From Desulfatiglandales bacterium (lineage in GTDB: Bacteria > Desulfobacterota > DSM-4660 > Desulfatiglandales > Desulfatiglandaceae): a stretch of 64,000 nucleotides of DNA. The DNA lies in contig OY762721.1 in the NCBI GenBank assembly GCA_963666345.1, positions 3,968,001 through 4,032,000 of the forward strand. The letters run 5' to 3'. Below, in pieces: positions 10,032 through 20,308 of this stretch. A program made the translations under genes and the position numbers. The notes under the pieces are model-generated. The model was not told where the DNA came from and searched no databases. It worked only from the letters and a program-made list of their open reading frames with translations. The number at the start of each line of letters is the position of its first letter. Within the stretch, counting starts at the first letter, position 1.

Positions 10032-11000
10032 ATGGCCCATCAAAACAAACTGATGTCAATGTCGGAGGCTGTCAAGGAATACGTCAAAGACGGATCAGCC
10101 CTTTATATGGGTGGGTTCACCCAGCTCCAGCCCTATGCCGCGGCCCATGAGATAATCAGGCAAAAAACGGAAGACCTGACTCTTTCGACCTGTGTCGGCC
10201 TTACCCTGGCGGATCAGATGATAGGCGCGGGGGTCGTGAAGAATCTGATAACCGCCTTTGTGTGGAATCCGGTTCCTCTCAAGGCCCATTGCTTTTCCCG
10301 CTCCGTTATACAAGGCATTCCCCGAACCATAGGCCTGGAGGAGTATTCCGTACTGGCCTTGAATCTGGCCTTTTACGCCGGTGCCATGGGTCTTCCCTAT
10401 TTGGCCGCAAAGACGCTCCTTGGAACAGGCTTTGACAGTGAAAAAAATCCGGGCGGGGCGAAAAACAGGCTCAGGTTCGAACATTCCCCTTTCACGGGTG
10501 AGAGGGTCTGCCTCGTGCCTCCCATCAGGCACGATCTGGGAATAGTGCAGGTGCAGCGCTGCGACGCGTTCGGAAACGCGCAGGCATGGGGAATAATGGG
10601 AGAAACGAAATACGGGCTTTTGAGCTGTGATAAGATTATCATATGCGCGGAAGAGATAGTGGAAACAGAGACGATCATGCGGGACCCCAACCGGACCCTT
10701 ATCCCTTCCTTCAGGGTGAATGCGGTGGTAAAGGAGCCCTGGGGGGCGCACCCTTCATCCGTTGCAGGCTTCTATGACATGGACTGGAGATACTACGCCT
10801 ACTACGGAACAAAGACCTCCACTGAAAAGGACTTTGAGCAATATCTCGATAAATGGGTGTTAAATGTCTCAGGAAGGGAGCAGTATCTGAGGCTTCTGGG
10901 GGATAGGCGGGTCAGATCGCTTATCCCGGAGCCCTTTATTTCGGAACCTGTCGATTACGGCAGATTGACGCGCCATTTCCCCGAAGACAATGACCGGTAG
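10032..11000 (+). CDS. Family I CoA-transferase subunit A (glutaconate CoA-transferase-like)
   Basis: MSEAVKEYVKDG, AAAHEIIRQ, QRCDAFGNAQ, EPWGAHP. Confidence 0.88.
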   Translation: MAHQNKLMSMSEAVKEYVKDGSALYMGGFTQLQPYAAAHEIIRQKTEDLTLSTCVGLTLADQMIGAGVVKNLITAFVWNPVPLKAHCFSRSVIQGIPRTIGLEEYSVLALNLAFYAGAMGLPYLAAKTLLGTGFDSEKNPGGAKNRLRFEHSPFTGERVCLVPPIRHDLGIVQVQRCDAFGNAQAWGIMGETKYGLLSCDKIIICAEEIVETETIMRDPNRTLIPSFRVNAVVKEPWGAHPSSVAGFYDMDWRYYAYYGTKTSTEKDFEQYLDKWVLNVSGREQYLRLLGDRRVRSLIPEPFISEPVDYGRLTRHFPEDNDR

Positions 11001-11799
11001 AACTTCAACGGATATTGAGCGGATGGTTATAACCGCCGCACGTCTCATTCAAAACGACGCCGTATTGATGGTGGGAACACAGTGGCCTATAGTGGCCGCC
11101 CTTCTGGCAAAGGCTCTTCATGCCCCCGATTCCGTGATATGCCACGAAGGCGGAGTGGTCATGGGCAAGCTGCCTGAAAGGGTGCCTCTTTTTACGGTGG
11201 ATCCCACCCTTCATTCATGCTCGGTGCTCCTGGGGGGCTCCTTTGACACGCTCGGTGCGGTGCTTCACGCGGGAAGGGCGGATATGGCGCTTCTGGCTGC
11301 CGCATCGATTGACAGGTTCGGAAATATCAATACGACATGCTTCGGGGATTACGGATCTCCCAGGGTGAGACTGGGCGGAAGCGGAGGGGGCTGCGATCTG
11401 GGAAGCCTTGCTGAAAAGACGATAATTATCATGGAGCATGAAAGGCGCAGGTTCCCTGAAAAGGTTGATTTCATAACCACACCCGGTTTTCTTGAGGGGG
11501 GAGGGACTCGTGAGGAGGCGGGTCTAAGACCCGGTACGGGACCTTTTGCCGTTGTGACCACCATGGGTCTTTTCGGATTTGACGAGCAGGGTGAAATGAT
11601 TCTTTTAAGGTTCAATCCCGGTTTTTCCATTGAAGATATAAGAGAAAATGTCCAGTGGGATCTCCGGGTAGCGGATGATGTCAGCGCCCTTGAATCACCC
11701 ACGGAAGAGGAACTGGAAATGCTGCGAAAAAGGATAGACCCTCAGGGCATGTATCTGAGAGGCGGCAGGATGCTTGATGGCCGCGACCTGGAAACTTAG
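10990..11799 (+). CDS. Family I CoA-transferase subunit B
   Basis: ICHEGG, IDRFGNINTT, GGSGGGCD, VDFITTPG; overlaps subunit A. Confidence 0.88.
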   Translation: MTGRTSTDIERMVITAARLIQNDAVLMVGTQWPIVAALLAKALHAPDSVICHEGGVVMGKLPERVPLFTVDPTLHSCSVLLGGSFDTLGAVLHAGRADMALLAAASIDRFGNINTTCFGDYGSPRVRLGGSGGGCDLGSLAEKTIIIMEHERRRFPEKVDFITTPGFLEGGGTREEAGLRPGTGPFAVVTTMGLFGFDEQGEMILLRFNPGFSIEDIRENVQWDLRVADDVSALESPTEEELEMLRKRIDPQGMYLRGGRMLDGRDLET

Positions 11800-11865
11800 C
11801 CGTGACAATTCATATATCTGTAGATGGGCACTTTAATAAACAACCTTTTGCCTAAACTCAACCGT

Positions 11866-13254
11866 CTACAGGTTGTCATTCGGCCTTCCTCGCCCTCGTT
11901 TTTTATCCTGCATTTCAGCCCTTATATCCTCCATATGTCTTATGATATCCGAGGCCTTTTTATTCGTTTCTATCTCAAGGGCCTGTTCAAGCCGGGAAAG
12001 GGCCTCTTTATATTTCTCCGATTTTTTTAAAAACATGGCGTATCTGACAAGTATTTGAGCCCTTTTTATCTGAAGCCTCTCTTTTTCCATCTTCGGCCAG
12101 GGAAGGGGAGGGGGCGTATCAAGGACCCTCAATGCCTTTTCATATTTGTTGATCTTTGAATATTCCGAGGCCAGTTTGGTCAGATAGATGCTCTTCCAGG
12201 GATTACATCCGGCGGCTTTTTCATACATCCTGATGGAACGGTCCCTTTCTCCCGCCTTTGAAGCAATGTTCCCGAACCTGTTCGCTATTATTGCCAGCCG
12301 GTAGCCTTCGGGCTCGTTTCTGAGCCGGGCTCGTATGCGTCCCAGGCGGTAGCCCTCATCTTCATGGCCTGCCATGACGGCGCACCATATAAGGCCGCTT
12401 AAGGCGCCTGCGCCAGCAGGGTTTATCTTCAGGGATGAGATAAATTGACTTTGCGCCTCTGAGTACCGCCTGTTTTTGTAAAACGCCCACCCCAGCAGGT
12501 CGGCTGCCATGTAGGAACCGGGTGCGAGATTGACGGCCGAATTAAAACTTTCCATTTGAAGCATGTCATCCGGCGGACAATAGGAATGGGCGTAATAATC
12601 CTCAAGGGCCTTGCCGAGAGATGACAACCCGGTAAAAGATATCTCTTCTTTCCATATGGCCTTTTCAGCCTGATCCCGGCTCATGGAAAGTCCGCATGCC
12701 TTGAGCCATCTTATGAAATCGAGCGCAAAAAGGTCCAATCGGCCCGGATCTTTTATCTCAATAGCGGTTTTCATGGTATGAGCACTTCTTTGAATATCCG
12801 TGAGGTCGAAAAAGACCTTAACGGCCTTTCCGGTTTTCATGACTTTTCCCTGAAGCAGGTACCTGATGCCTTGCTTTTCCGCCTGAAGGCCGGGGTTGCT
12901 TAGAGGAGTACTGCCTCTGATATACGCGAAAAGGTCATCTTTATGGGGAAAAAGGCTTTTCATCCTCCAACTGAACCAGAACTCGTCCAGTCCGGTGTGA
13001 AGCGCCAGAATATTGCTCAGATAAAAATGAAGAGCAAGACCCGTTTCATTATGAAAATCGTGATTTTCAGACTGAAGAGGCAGCACGATCATCCTTGGGA
13101 GAGAAACGGGCCGTTTGAGCTCAAGCCCCTTGCAGGTCTCATCGGCGATAGCCGGTTTTTGAAAGGCCGGGGAGGCTTTAGCGGTAAAAGAGATGATGAT
13201 AAACGGAATAACGAGAAATATGACCAGCCTGCTGATCGCCCTTTTCATTACCAC
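11866..13254 (-). CDS. Exported TPR-repeat protein
   Basis: Signal-like N-terminus; TPR-like helices (LGWAFYKNRRYSEA, YKEALSRLEQALEI). Confidence 0.7.
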   Translation of the reverse strand: MVMKRAISRLVIFLVIPFIIISFTAKASPAFQKPAIADETCKGLELKRPVSLPRMIVLPLQSENHDFHNETGLALHFYLSNILALHTGLDEFWFSWRMKSLFPHKDDLFAYIRGSTPLSNPGLQAEKQGIRYLLQGKVMKTGKAVKVFFDLTDIQRSAHTMKTAIEIKDPGRLDLFALDFIRWLKACGLSMSRDQAEKAIWKEEISFTGLSSLGKALEDYYAHSYCPPDDMLQMESFNSAVNLAPGSYMAADLLGWAFYKNRRYSEAQSQFISSLKINPAGAGALSGLIWCAVMAGHEDEGYRLGRIRARLRNEPEGYRLAIIANRFGNIASKAGERDRSIRMYEKAAGCNPWKSIYLTKLASEYSKINKYEKALRVLDTPPPLPWPKMEKERLQIKRAQILVRYAMFLKKSEKYKEALSRLEQALEIETNKKASDIIRHMEDIRAEMQDKKRGRGRPNDNL

Positions 13255-13329
13255 TGTCCGGCTCCTGTTTTATGTGAGGTATTGCTCAGGTATTTATTCG
13301 TCCTTTACTCGAATCCCCTTCGAAACTGG

Positions 13330-13414
13330 GGGCCAACTGCGAAGCAGCGGGACTGAGCGAAGCGTAAGCGGAGCAAAGAATGCTTCATCTGGATCACCTC
13401 TTTTGGAGATGATC
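13330..13414. repeat. Short remnant of the MITE family
   Basis: gcgaagcgtaagcg(g/a)agcaaagaat and ctcttttggagatgatc match segments of the 27344 and 32723 elements. Confidence 0.55.
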
Positions 13415-13431
13415 AATCCATTCTTATATGC

Positions 13432-14991
13432 TCAAGAAACGGCGAAGATATCTATCGGGGTCTTTTTCCCCCTGATAACGGTAGCCGGCAGGGACCTGAG
13501 ATATATTTCCCTGAGATCTTCATCGGCAAGATTTTTTCTGGTTTCACCTGATATTATCATCTCCGTTCCCAGCTCCTTGGTAAGCGACTGAAGCCGTGAC
13601 GCGACATTGACCGTGTCCCCCACAAGAAGGTAGGAAAGCCTGTCAGGGCTTCCCAGGGTTGCCGCAACCGCCTGCCCCGTATGGATGCCTATGCCGTGTT
13701 TAAGGATCGGCAGCCCTTTTTTCTCAAAGGAGCGGTTGAGATCTACCAGACGCTTATTCATGTCGACTCCTGCCTGAAACGCCTTTACCGCGTGATCCGG
13801 ACTTGAAACCGGGGCCCCGAAAACCGCGTAGACTTCATCACCCAGAAACTGGAGGACCAGCCCCCCATTATCCTGTATGGCCTCGCTCATCTCCCTGAAA
13901 TAGCTGTTGACGATCCTGACCACCACCTTCGGGTCATTTTTCTCAGTCATGGGCGTGAAGTCTCTCAGATCCGCGAAAAGTATGCTTACCTCCTTTATCT
14001 CGCCGTCAAGGGGGATGCGGCCCGACAGCACCTCATCTCGAACCTCCTTTGAGACATATTTTCCGAATGCCTCCTTGATCATCTCCTTTTCCCTGAGACC
14101 TGTCGTCATCTCATTTATGATATCGCCCGTGTATCCTATCTCGTCATTTGAGCTGACCCTTACCTTCCTGTTAAGGATGCCTTTGCTCACATCTCTCAGC
14201 ACGCTGATGATCTCCTTTAAGGGCCGCGTGATGTTGATCGATACAAGAAATGCCAACCCTGCCGCGGCAATCAAAAAGATTATGGTTTCAACGAGGATGA
14301 CCGATTGAAGCCTCTCCAGTATCTGAAGGGGCTCAATTCCTCTTTGAAGGCCTTTTTGAGAGCCATGTATGGTCATGTGGATGGCTGAAAGGGGGACTAT
14401 GCTCGCCGCGAGGATGAGGGCTGCTATCCTGGTCCCGACCTTTATCCTGAGGGTTCCGGGGGTGTCGTACAGCCTGCCTTCCGGGAAAAGCAGAGGTGCG
14501 AGCTGGTGCTGAAGCACATGCTCCAGGTAGAAGAAGGCAAGTGATACGGTTATAAGACCGGTAACCAGGCCCCGTAACATTGCTCCCGGTGCCAGATGCC
14601 TCAGCTCCTGGTTCAAATAGATCACGGCAGAAAAAATCAGTGCCGTAGAGCACCATACAAAAAGGTCTATGGCTACTACCAGATATGGTTCATTAAGGAG
14701 CCTTTTCCCGGCCTTCATAAGTGCCCCTGGTTCAACCTGTTTATTGGTGAGGATCTTTTTCAGACTCCTTCGGAAGGGAAGTTCATACCAGAACATGATC
14801 GCAGGGATGAGAGTGAATGCTGTAATGGTAATCAGGCGGCCTGTTATTTCAAGAGAGGGCGCCAGGGCGTTCGCGTAATCGGGGAGCATGACCTCGGATA
14901 AGGTCGCGGCCATTTTCCAGCCAAGCAGATTGGCAAATATGTTGCCGACAATCAGTGCGTTTGAAAGAAGCAGGTACTTGCAACTTTTCAT
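13432..14991 (-). CDS. Membrane class III adenylate/guanylate cyclase with HAMP
   Basis: ILFADLRDFT, QFLGDEVYAVFG, GIGIHTG, GDTVNVASRLQ; several TM segments. Confidence 0.92.
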   Translation of the reverse strand: MKSCKYLLLSNALIVGNIFANLLGWKMAATLSEVMLPDYANALAPSLEITGRLITITAFTLIPAIMFWYELPFRRSLKKILTNKQVEPGALMKAGKRLLNEPYLVVAIDLFVWCSTALIFSAVIYLNQELRHLAPGAMLRGLVTGLITVSLAFFYLEHVLQHQLAPLLFPEGRLYDTPGTLRIKVGTRIAALILAASIVPLSAIHMTIHGSQKGLQRGIEPLQILERLQSVILVETIIFLIAAAGLAFLVSINITRPLKEIISVLRDVSKGILNRKVRVSSNDEIGYTGDIINEMTTGLREKEMIKEAFGKYVSKEVRDEVLSGRIPLDGEIKEVSILFADLRDFTPMTEKNDPKVVVRIVNSYFREMSEAIQDNGGLVLQFLGDEVYAVFGAPVSSPDHAVKAFQAGVDMNKRLVDLNRSFEKKGLPILKHGIGIHTGQAVAATLGSPDRLSYLLVGDTVNVASRLQSLTKELGTEMIISGETRKNLADEDLREIYLRSLPATVIRGKKTPIDIFAVS

Positions 14992-15117
14992 TCTTGTCCT
15001 TTCTCTTTGTAAATCCGGGTTGATCCGGTAATTTCAGGCAGCTTGCCGAAGTACTTCCGAATCCGGTCTCTGTTGAGCTTCAGGGCAGGCAGGAAAGTCA
15101 TTTAAATCCCGAGTCAC

Positions 15118-15134
15118 TGCAAACTACGTGCCTG
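15118..15134 (-). promoter_or_regulatory. Possible sigma54 promoter upstream of the second cyclase
   Basis: CAGGCACGTAGTTTGCA = GG-N10-GC with GGCACG and TTGC. Confidence 0.35.
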
Positions 15135-15190
15135 TTTGGCAAAACCGTGCCCTTCACTTTCTCTCCTTATTGTGGGAAAGCCTCGTTGTC

Positions 15191-15673
15191 TTATGGATTG
15201 AGACGCAGGAGCTGGAGGTTAAGGAGGGCCGCAAAGCTGACCCACGCCATATAGGGGAGAAAAAGCATGCCCGCTGCTTTGCTGATTTTCCGGAACATAA
15301 GCATCGTAACAAGCACGGCCGCCCAGAGCGCGGTAATATCGAAGAGGGCAAGGTCAATCCTGTGGAGCCCGAAAAATATACAGGACCAGATGGTGTTCAG
15401 GATGAGCTGTATGACGAAAAAGAGGAGCGCCGGAAAGACGGCCTTTATCCTTTTTTCTTTCCACACAAGCCAGGCCGCAATACCCATCATGACATAGAGC
15501 AGCGTCCAGACAGGCGCAAAGATATAGGAAGGCGGGTTCCAGGATGGCTTTACAAGAGTCTGATACCACTGTCCCGGCCTGAACTGTGAGCCGATAAAGC
15601 CCGCTGAAAGAGACATGAGCAGGAATATCGTCAGGGGTATGATTTTTTTAAGGGTCCGGTAAAAAGACTTCAA
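15191..15673 (-). CDS. tspO: TspO/MBR family sensory protein
   Basis: WYQTLVKPSWNPPSYIFAPVWTLLY, LPYMAWVSFA; start moved to TTG 15673, overlapping the upstream stop. Confidence 0.9.
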   Translation of the reverse strand: MKSFYRTLKKIIPLTIFLLMSLSAGFIGSQFRPGQWYQTLVKPSWNPPSYIFAPVWTLLYVMMGIAAWLVWKEKRIKAVFPALLFFVIQLILNTIWSCIFFGLHRIDLALFDITALWAAVLVTMLMFRKISKAAGMLFLPYMAWVSFAALLNLQLLRLNP

Positions 15674-15831
15674 ACTTTTTTTACCATCTCCTGCCCGCAG
15701 CACTGAAGCGGGACATTGCATGAGCCGGCCTCGCCAGTCTCGCATTTGCAGGGGTTTGCAACCTTTAACTCCAGACCGCAAAGATTACAGACAAAGACAT
15801 CTCCCTCTTTCATGTCGCAGCAGTTTGCCAT
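15670..15831 (-). CDS. 53-aa Cys-rich desulforedoxin-like metal-binding protein
   Basis: MANCCDMKEGDVFVCNLCGLELKVANPCKCETGEAGSCNVPLQCCGQEMVKKV; GGAGGAGG RBS; too short for the ORF track. Confidence 0.8.
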   Translation of the reverse strand: MANCCDMKEGDVFVCNLCGLELKVANPCKCETGEAGSCNVPLQCCGQEMVKKV

Positions 15832-16183
15832 ATCCCTCCTCCATGAAAAAGATTTGAATCACTGCTCATCCGCGGATTCCTGCATGCGGGTGAACGTTTT
15901 CCTTAGCCTCATATGAAAATAAATGAAAAACCGGAAAAAATCAACCGGCACCAGACAGATGGGCCGTGGATGTTGTTTGGCTTATTCCCGATATTCTCAG
16001 ACGATATTGCTGGAATAGGGGATCCTATGCATGGACCCAATTATGGCGGGTTCTGTATTTATCATCCCTGATACATCAGCAAGCTTTCAATAAAATGTTA
16101 AAATTTGATTGCATTTATTTTATGCAGCTCTATAATAGGCTAAAATATTTATTAAAAACAAAAAAGCCTGTATATTATCTTAA

Positions 16184-16370
16184 TGCACATTTTTATGTGC
16201 ATTAATTTGCCATACTTTAATAAAAAAGGACACCATTCAGATCAGGTTGCACATATTTATGTGCATTGATTGGCACGTCAAATATCGGAAATAATTTAAT
16301 TTTCTTCTGGTTTGCACTATTCCATATGCATGTTTTCAATATTATGCCGCTGCGCACATAAAAATGTGCA
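16184..16370. promoter_or_regulatory. Three (T/C)GCACA-N6-TGTGCA palindromes
   Basis: At 16184-16201, 16248-16265 and 16353-16370 in an AT-rich intergenic region. Confidence 0.65.
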
Positions 16371-16594
16371 AAAAAGACCTCTTTTGATTTTTCCAGCCAG
16401 ACACTTAACCGTGGAACAAACTCTTTATCCGGTTGCAAATTGAGGGCTGTTGCAGGCTCGATTAGCAGGTTTTACCGATAAGAATCGCGAAACTGGAAAT
16501 GTTAATTACTGATTGATGCCGCATTCACCTTTTGCAGCCCTGGCAAAAAAAATAATGTATGGGTTCTCAAAATATCTAAAGAAAGGAGGCCGGG

Positions 16595-17713
16595 ATGAAG
16601 ATTGATGCGCATTACTATGCGGTCCTTTCATTTGCAAGGGCGTGCGGCTTCACAAAGAAGAGTGCGGGCCGGATCGCATTCGCCTCTCAGTTCGTGGACG
16701 ATGCAAAGATAAACCAAATAGGGCTTAAGGAAAAGCCGACCGGAGATATCTCCCTTCCACTGGTGGATGGAAAGCCGTCTTTTTTCAATATGGCGACCTG
16801 TCATTCCTACACCAGGATAAAGACATTCAATTATTCGGCAATGATCGGAAATACAGCTGCATTTCATTTTGTCCCCGGCTGCCGGGGTATCAGTTTTCCC
16901 AAGAAAATGAGGTGCAGGGAAAACTCCCGGGTGATCAGGCGGATACTTGATAATGCGGTTGAAAGCGGGGACCTTGTCAAGCTGGGCATTTCACTTCACG
17001 CCTATGCGGACACCTTTTCTCATCAAGGATTTTCAGGACTGCTGAGCAAGGTTAATGACATTCAGGGATGCACATCCTTGAGAAAGATTCCATTTTGCCT
17101 TTCTGATTTTGCTTCAAAGACTTTCCGGTGGTTTACCAAAGACCGTTTTGACCGCCTTTTTGATTCGGCTTGCCCGGCCTATGGTCACGGACAGGCAATG
17201 GAGTACCCGGACCTGCCCTTTGTGGATTGGTCATACTATTACGATTACAGTGAAGAATTTTCCGAGGCTTCAAAGTCGTCAGGAATAAAGTGCAACAGGG
17301 AGCGTTACACCCGCGCTTTCAAGGGAATCGCGGTCTGGCTTACCAGGTTTTTGACGGAACACGAAAAGTATCTTGACCCTGCCGTGAGTAACCCCGGCTT
17401 CTATGACCTTTTTGAGACTCTTTTGAGGCCGGGCACGGATAAACAGAGAATCAAGGCGTGGAAGGAGCATCTTGTAACGGCCGGGTATTACGGTGAAGGA
17501 GAAGAGGAGCTGGAATATTCGGAAGATCGCTGGTTGAAAAAGGCCTTTTCCAATTATGATAAAGAGCGCTTCAACAGAAGGAAAGTGGAAGATGCGGAAC
17601 CGGCCCATGACTTCATCGAATCGGAATGGTTCGGCTTCTACAAAGGCGTCCACTGGTACAAGGAGAGATTTTTTGAATATTGCAGAGAAGAGGGCCTTGA
17701 TATCCCGAAGTAA
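16595..17713 (+). CDS. DUF6765-like putative Zn-dependent hydrolase
   Basis: DAHYY, ASQFVDDA, HFVPG, LHAYADTFSHQGFSG; AGGAGG RBS. Confidence 0.65.
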   Translation: MKIDAHYYAVLSFARACGFTKKSAGRIAFASQFVDDAKINQIGLKEKPTGDISLPLVDGKPSFFNMATCHSYTRIKTFNYSAMIGNTAAFHFVPGCRGISFPKKMRCRENSRVIRRILDNAVESGDLVKLGISLHAYADTFSHQGFSGLLSKVNDIQGCTSLRKIPFCLSDFASKTFRWFTKDRFDRLFDSACPAYGHGQAMEYPDLPFVDWSYYYDYSEEFSEASKSSGIKCNRERYTRAFKGIAVWLTRFLTEHEKYLDPAVSNPGFYDLFETLLRPGTDKQRIKAWKEHLVTAGYYGEGEEELEYSEDRWLKKAFSNYDKERFNRRKVEDAEPAHDFIESEWFGFYKGVHWYKERFFEYCREEGLDIPK

Positions 17714-17820
17714 GGTAAATCAGTCAAACTGATTTGGGTTTGGATCTGACCACGCGTCAGGCCTTGTACCTGGAGAGGGTATTACCCTAAACCGCATGGT
17801 TCTATTGTGGAAAGGAGGTT

Positions 17821-18210
17821 GTGAAGAAAATGATCAAGATTTCCACTCAAGATGCCCCAAGACCCGCAGGGCATTACTCTCAGGCGATAGTAAACGGCGG
17901 CATGGTCTATGTGTCGGGGCAGCTGCCGATAGACCCTCAGACAGGGGGAAAAGTGACAGGTTCTATTGAAGAGCAGACCGGACAGGCATTGAAGAACATG
18001 GCCGGGATACTTGAGGCTGCGGGAAGCGATACGGATCAGGTCGTTAAAACCACGGTCTATATTTCGGATATAGAGCTGTGGGCTCGGGTGAACGAGGTGT
18101 ATTCGAGATTTTTCGGCGCGCACCGTCCTGCGCGGGCAATGGTACCGACCAGGGACCTTCATTTCGGGTTTCAGATAGAGATCGAGGCGATAGCCGCTGT
18201 CAAGGGGTAG
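17821..18210 (+). CDS. ridA: RidA/YjgF family enamine/imine deaminase
   Basis: GHYSQAI, VSGQLPIDP, RPARAMV, IEIEAIA. Confidence 0.9.
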   Translation: MKKMIKISTQDAPRPAGHYSQAIVNGGMVYVSGQLPIDPQTGGKVTGSIEEQTGQALKNMAGILEAAGSDTDQVVKTTVYISDIELWARVNEVYSRFFGAHRPARAMVPTRDLHFGFQIEIEAIAAVKG

Positions 18211-18241
18211 CCGGTATTAATCATAACAGGAGATAATCCAG

Positions 18242-18757
18242 GTGAAATTGGGGCCGGAACATAGAATCGTATTCATATATCTCGTGGTCGGTGTCCTCTG
18301 GATATATATCCGATCTGATTGTGTGCCTTATGCTCAAAACACCTGAAAAAATCGAATTTGCCCAGAATGTCAAGGGATGGGTGTTCGTTTTTGTCACCGG
18401 GCTGCTTTTGTACTTCCTCATTAACAGGGCCATGAACATTATAACCAAGGCCAATTCAGAATTGCTCGACAGTTATGAACAGACAATGTGCGGGTGGATT
18501 CACGTAATGGATCTGCGGCACAAGGAGACAAAAGACCATACCGGGCGGGTAACGGTGATGACGATGGAACTTGCGAGGCTTGCCCGCATTTTGGAAAAGA
18601 AACTCAAGATTATCGAACGCGTCTATAAGGCTGCATGGCCTGAGGAAAAGGTGCTGAAACATATGCGGGGGATCAGGCCGGCGCGCATTTTGATCCTGAC
18701 GTGGTGAGCCTTTTTATGGAAAACTATCATCTGTTAAAGGATGTCAAAACCGGGTAG
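18242..18757 (+). pseudogene. Membrane HD-GYP phosphodiesterase pseudogene (frameshifts plus internal deletion)
   Basis: DLRHKETKDHTGRV...IIER joined directly to VYKAAWPEEKV; AHFDPDVV in another frame; HD and GYP core absent. Confidence 0.75.
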
Positions 18758-18994
18758 TGTCACTGTGACAATAGGTTATGCCTGGATGAAGTCTTAAGGC
18801 CGGGGCTGTGAAATAACCCCGGCTTTATCTTTTTTTGATGCCAAAATGGATGACATTAGCATTTGAACAATGTATTTTTCGAATCCAGGTGAATCCTTTT
18901 CAGATAAATCAGGCCCTCTGATACACTCATAACGTGGGTGTTCTTTTTGAGGGGCGGCCTTACACAGCGCGAGCATAACGGGAGTTTCTGAAAT

Positions 18995-20188
18995 ATGAGT
19001 GAGATCCATTGTAAATTTAACAGCAGGCGTGTTAGCGGCCCGGATGGCAAGGTCGATGAAGTCCTGCCCGGGGGCACGCTTAAGTCCGTGATCCGTTTTC
19101 ACAGGAGCCTGCCCGGGTATCGTCCCACTCCTCTTGCATGCCTGGAGGGGCTTGCGAGCCGTCTGGGAATAGGGGGGCTGTGGGTAAAAAGCGAGAATGA
19201 GCGTTTCGATCTCAAGGCGTTCAAGGTGCTGGGGGCAAGTTACGCGATAGGCAAGGTGACGGCTGAAAGATTAGGCCTAGAAAGTAAGGATCTGACCTTC
19301 GATCGGATCGTAAGCCATTCGGGAGAAGGTGAGGGGATTACCTTTGTTACAGCGACAGACGGCAATCATGGAAGGGCGGTTGCCTGGACGGCTGAAAAGC
19401 TTGGCTGCAGGGCGGTGGTTTATATGCCGAAAGGCTCTTCTTCCGCTAGGCTTAATGCGATCAGGGGCCACGGGGCTGAGGCATCCGTTATAGATGGAAA
19501 TTACGACGACGCGGTAAGGCTGGCTGCAAGACACGCAGATGATAGGGGGTGGGTGCTCCTGCAGGATACGTCGTGGCCAGGCTACGAGGAGATTCCGACC
19601 TATATAATGCAGGGTTACACTACCTTGATCACGGAATCCTTTGATCAGCTTGGAGGAGAAAGGCCCACGCATATATTCGTGCAGGCGGGGGTCGGTTCTC
19701 TGGCCGCGGCCGTTCTCTGCGCCGTCTTAAAAAAAGGTGAAAGGCCGTGGTACGGCGTAGTGGAGCCGATCGAGGCCGCATGTTTTCATAAGTCCTCGGT
19801 CGCGGATGACGGGGCGGCTCATGCCGTTACAGGGGATATGCCGACCATCATGGCGGGACTTGCATGCGGGGAGCCGAGCAATATAGCCTGGGAGATCCTG
19901 CGCGACAATGCCGATGCGTTTATCGCCTGTTCGGACAGGGTGGCCCTAAAGGGTATGCGCCTGCTCGGAAGACCTCCTGAAGGCGATCTTCCCGTGATAT
20001 CAGGTGAGTCAGGGGCTGTTACCTCTGGACTGGTCTATGAACTTCTGAGCAATGCGAATTATGCCGGACCGGCCCAAGAGATCGGCTTGAACGAATCTTC
20101 CCGAGTGCTTGTAATTTCAACGGAAGGGGACACCGACCCTCAGTTCTATCGTGAGACACTCAAACGGAAAAGTGTGGGTACAATCTGA
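18995..20188 (+). CDS. dpaL: Diaminopropionate ammonia-lyase
   Basis: ERFDLKAFKVLGASYA, TATDGNHGRAVAW, QDTSWPGYEEIP, AGLACGEP, GESGA, STEGDTDP. Confidence 0.9.
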   Translation: MSEIHCKFNSRRVSGPDGKVDEVLPGGTLKSVIRFHRSLPGYRPTPLACLEGLASRLGIGGLWVKSENERFDLKAFKVLGASYAIGKVTAERLGLESKDLTFDRIVSHSGEGEGITFVTATDGNHGRAVAWTAEKLGCRAVVYMPKGSSSARLNAIRGHGAEASVIDGNYDDAVRLAARHADDRGWVLLQDTSWPGYEEIPTYIMQGYTTLITESFDQLGGERPTHIFVQAGVGSLAAAVLCAVLKKGERPWYGVVEPIEAACFHKSSVADDGAAHAVTGDMPTIMAGLACGEPSNIAWEILRDNADAFIACSDRVALKGMRLLGRPPEGDLPVISGESGAVTSGLVYELLSNANYAGPAQEIGLNESSRVLVISTEGDTDPQFYRETLKRKSVGTI

Positions 20189-20308
20189 TTCGCAGAATAA
20201 GAAGCGGAACCGGAATTTGATGATCCGCGGATTTCACCCGGCAATCAACCGGGTGTCTAAACTTGAGAAGAATTTCTTGTATGAATAAATCACCTATTAG
20301 GAGGTTTT

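Noticed and set aside
14988..15157. Short minus-strand ORF with K-UGA-L-S-C (UxxC-like)
   Set aside because: A second UGA follows six codons later, there is no recognisable fold, and it overlaps a likely promoter.
15674..15781. N-terminal extension of TspO in the ORF track
   Set aside because: It overlaps the Cys-rich 53-aa gene in another frame; TspO of normal length starts at 15673.
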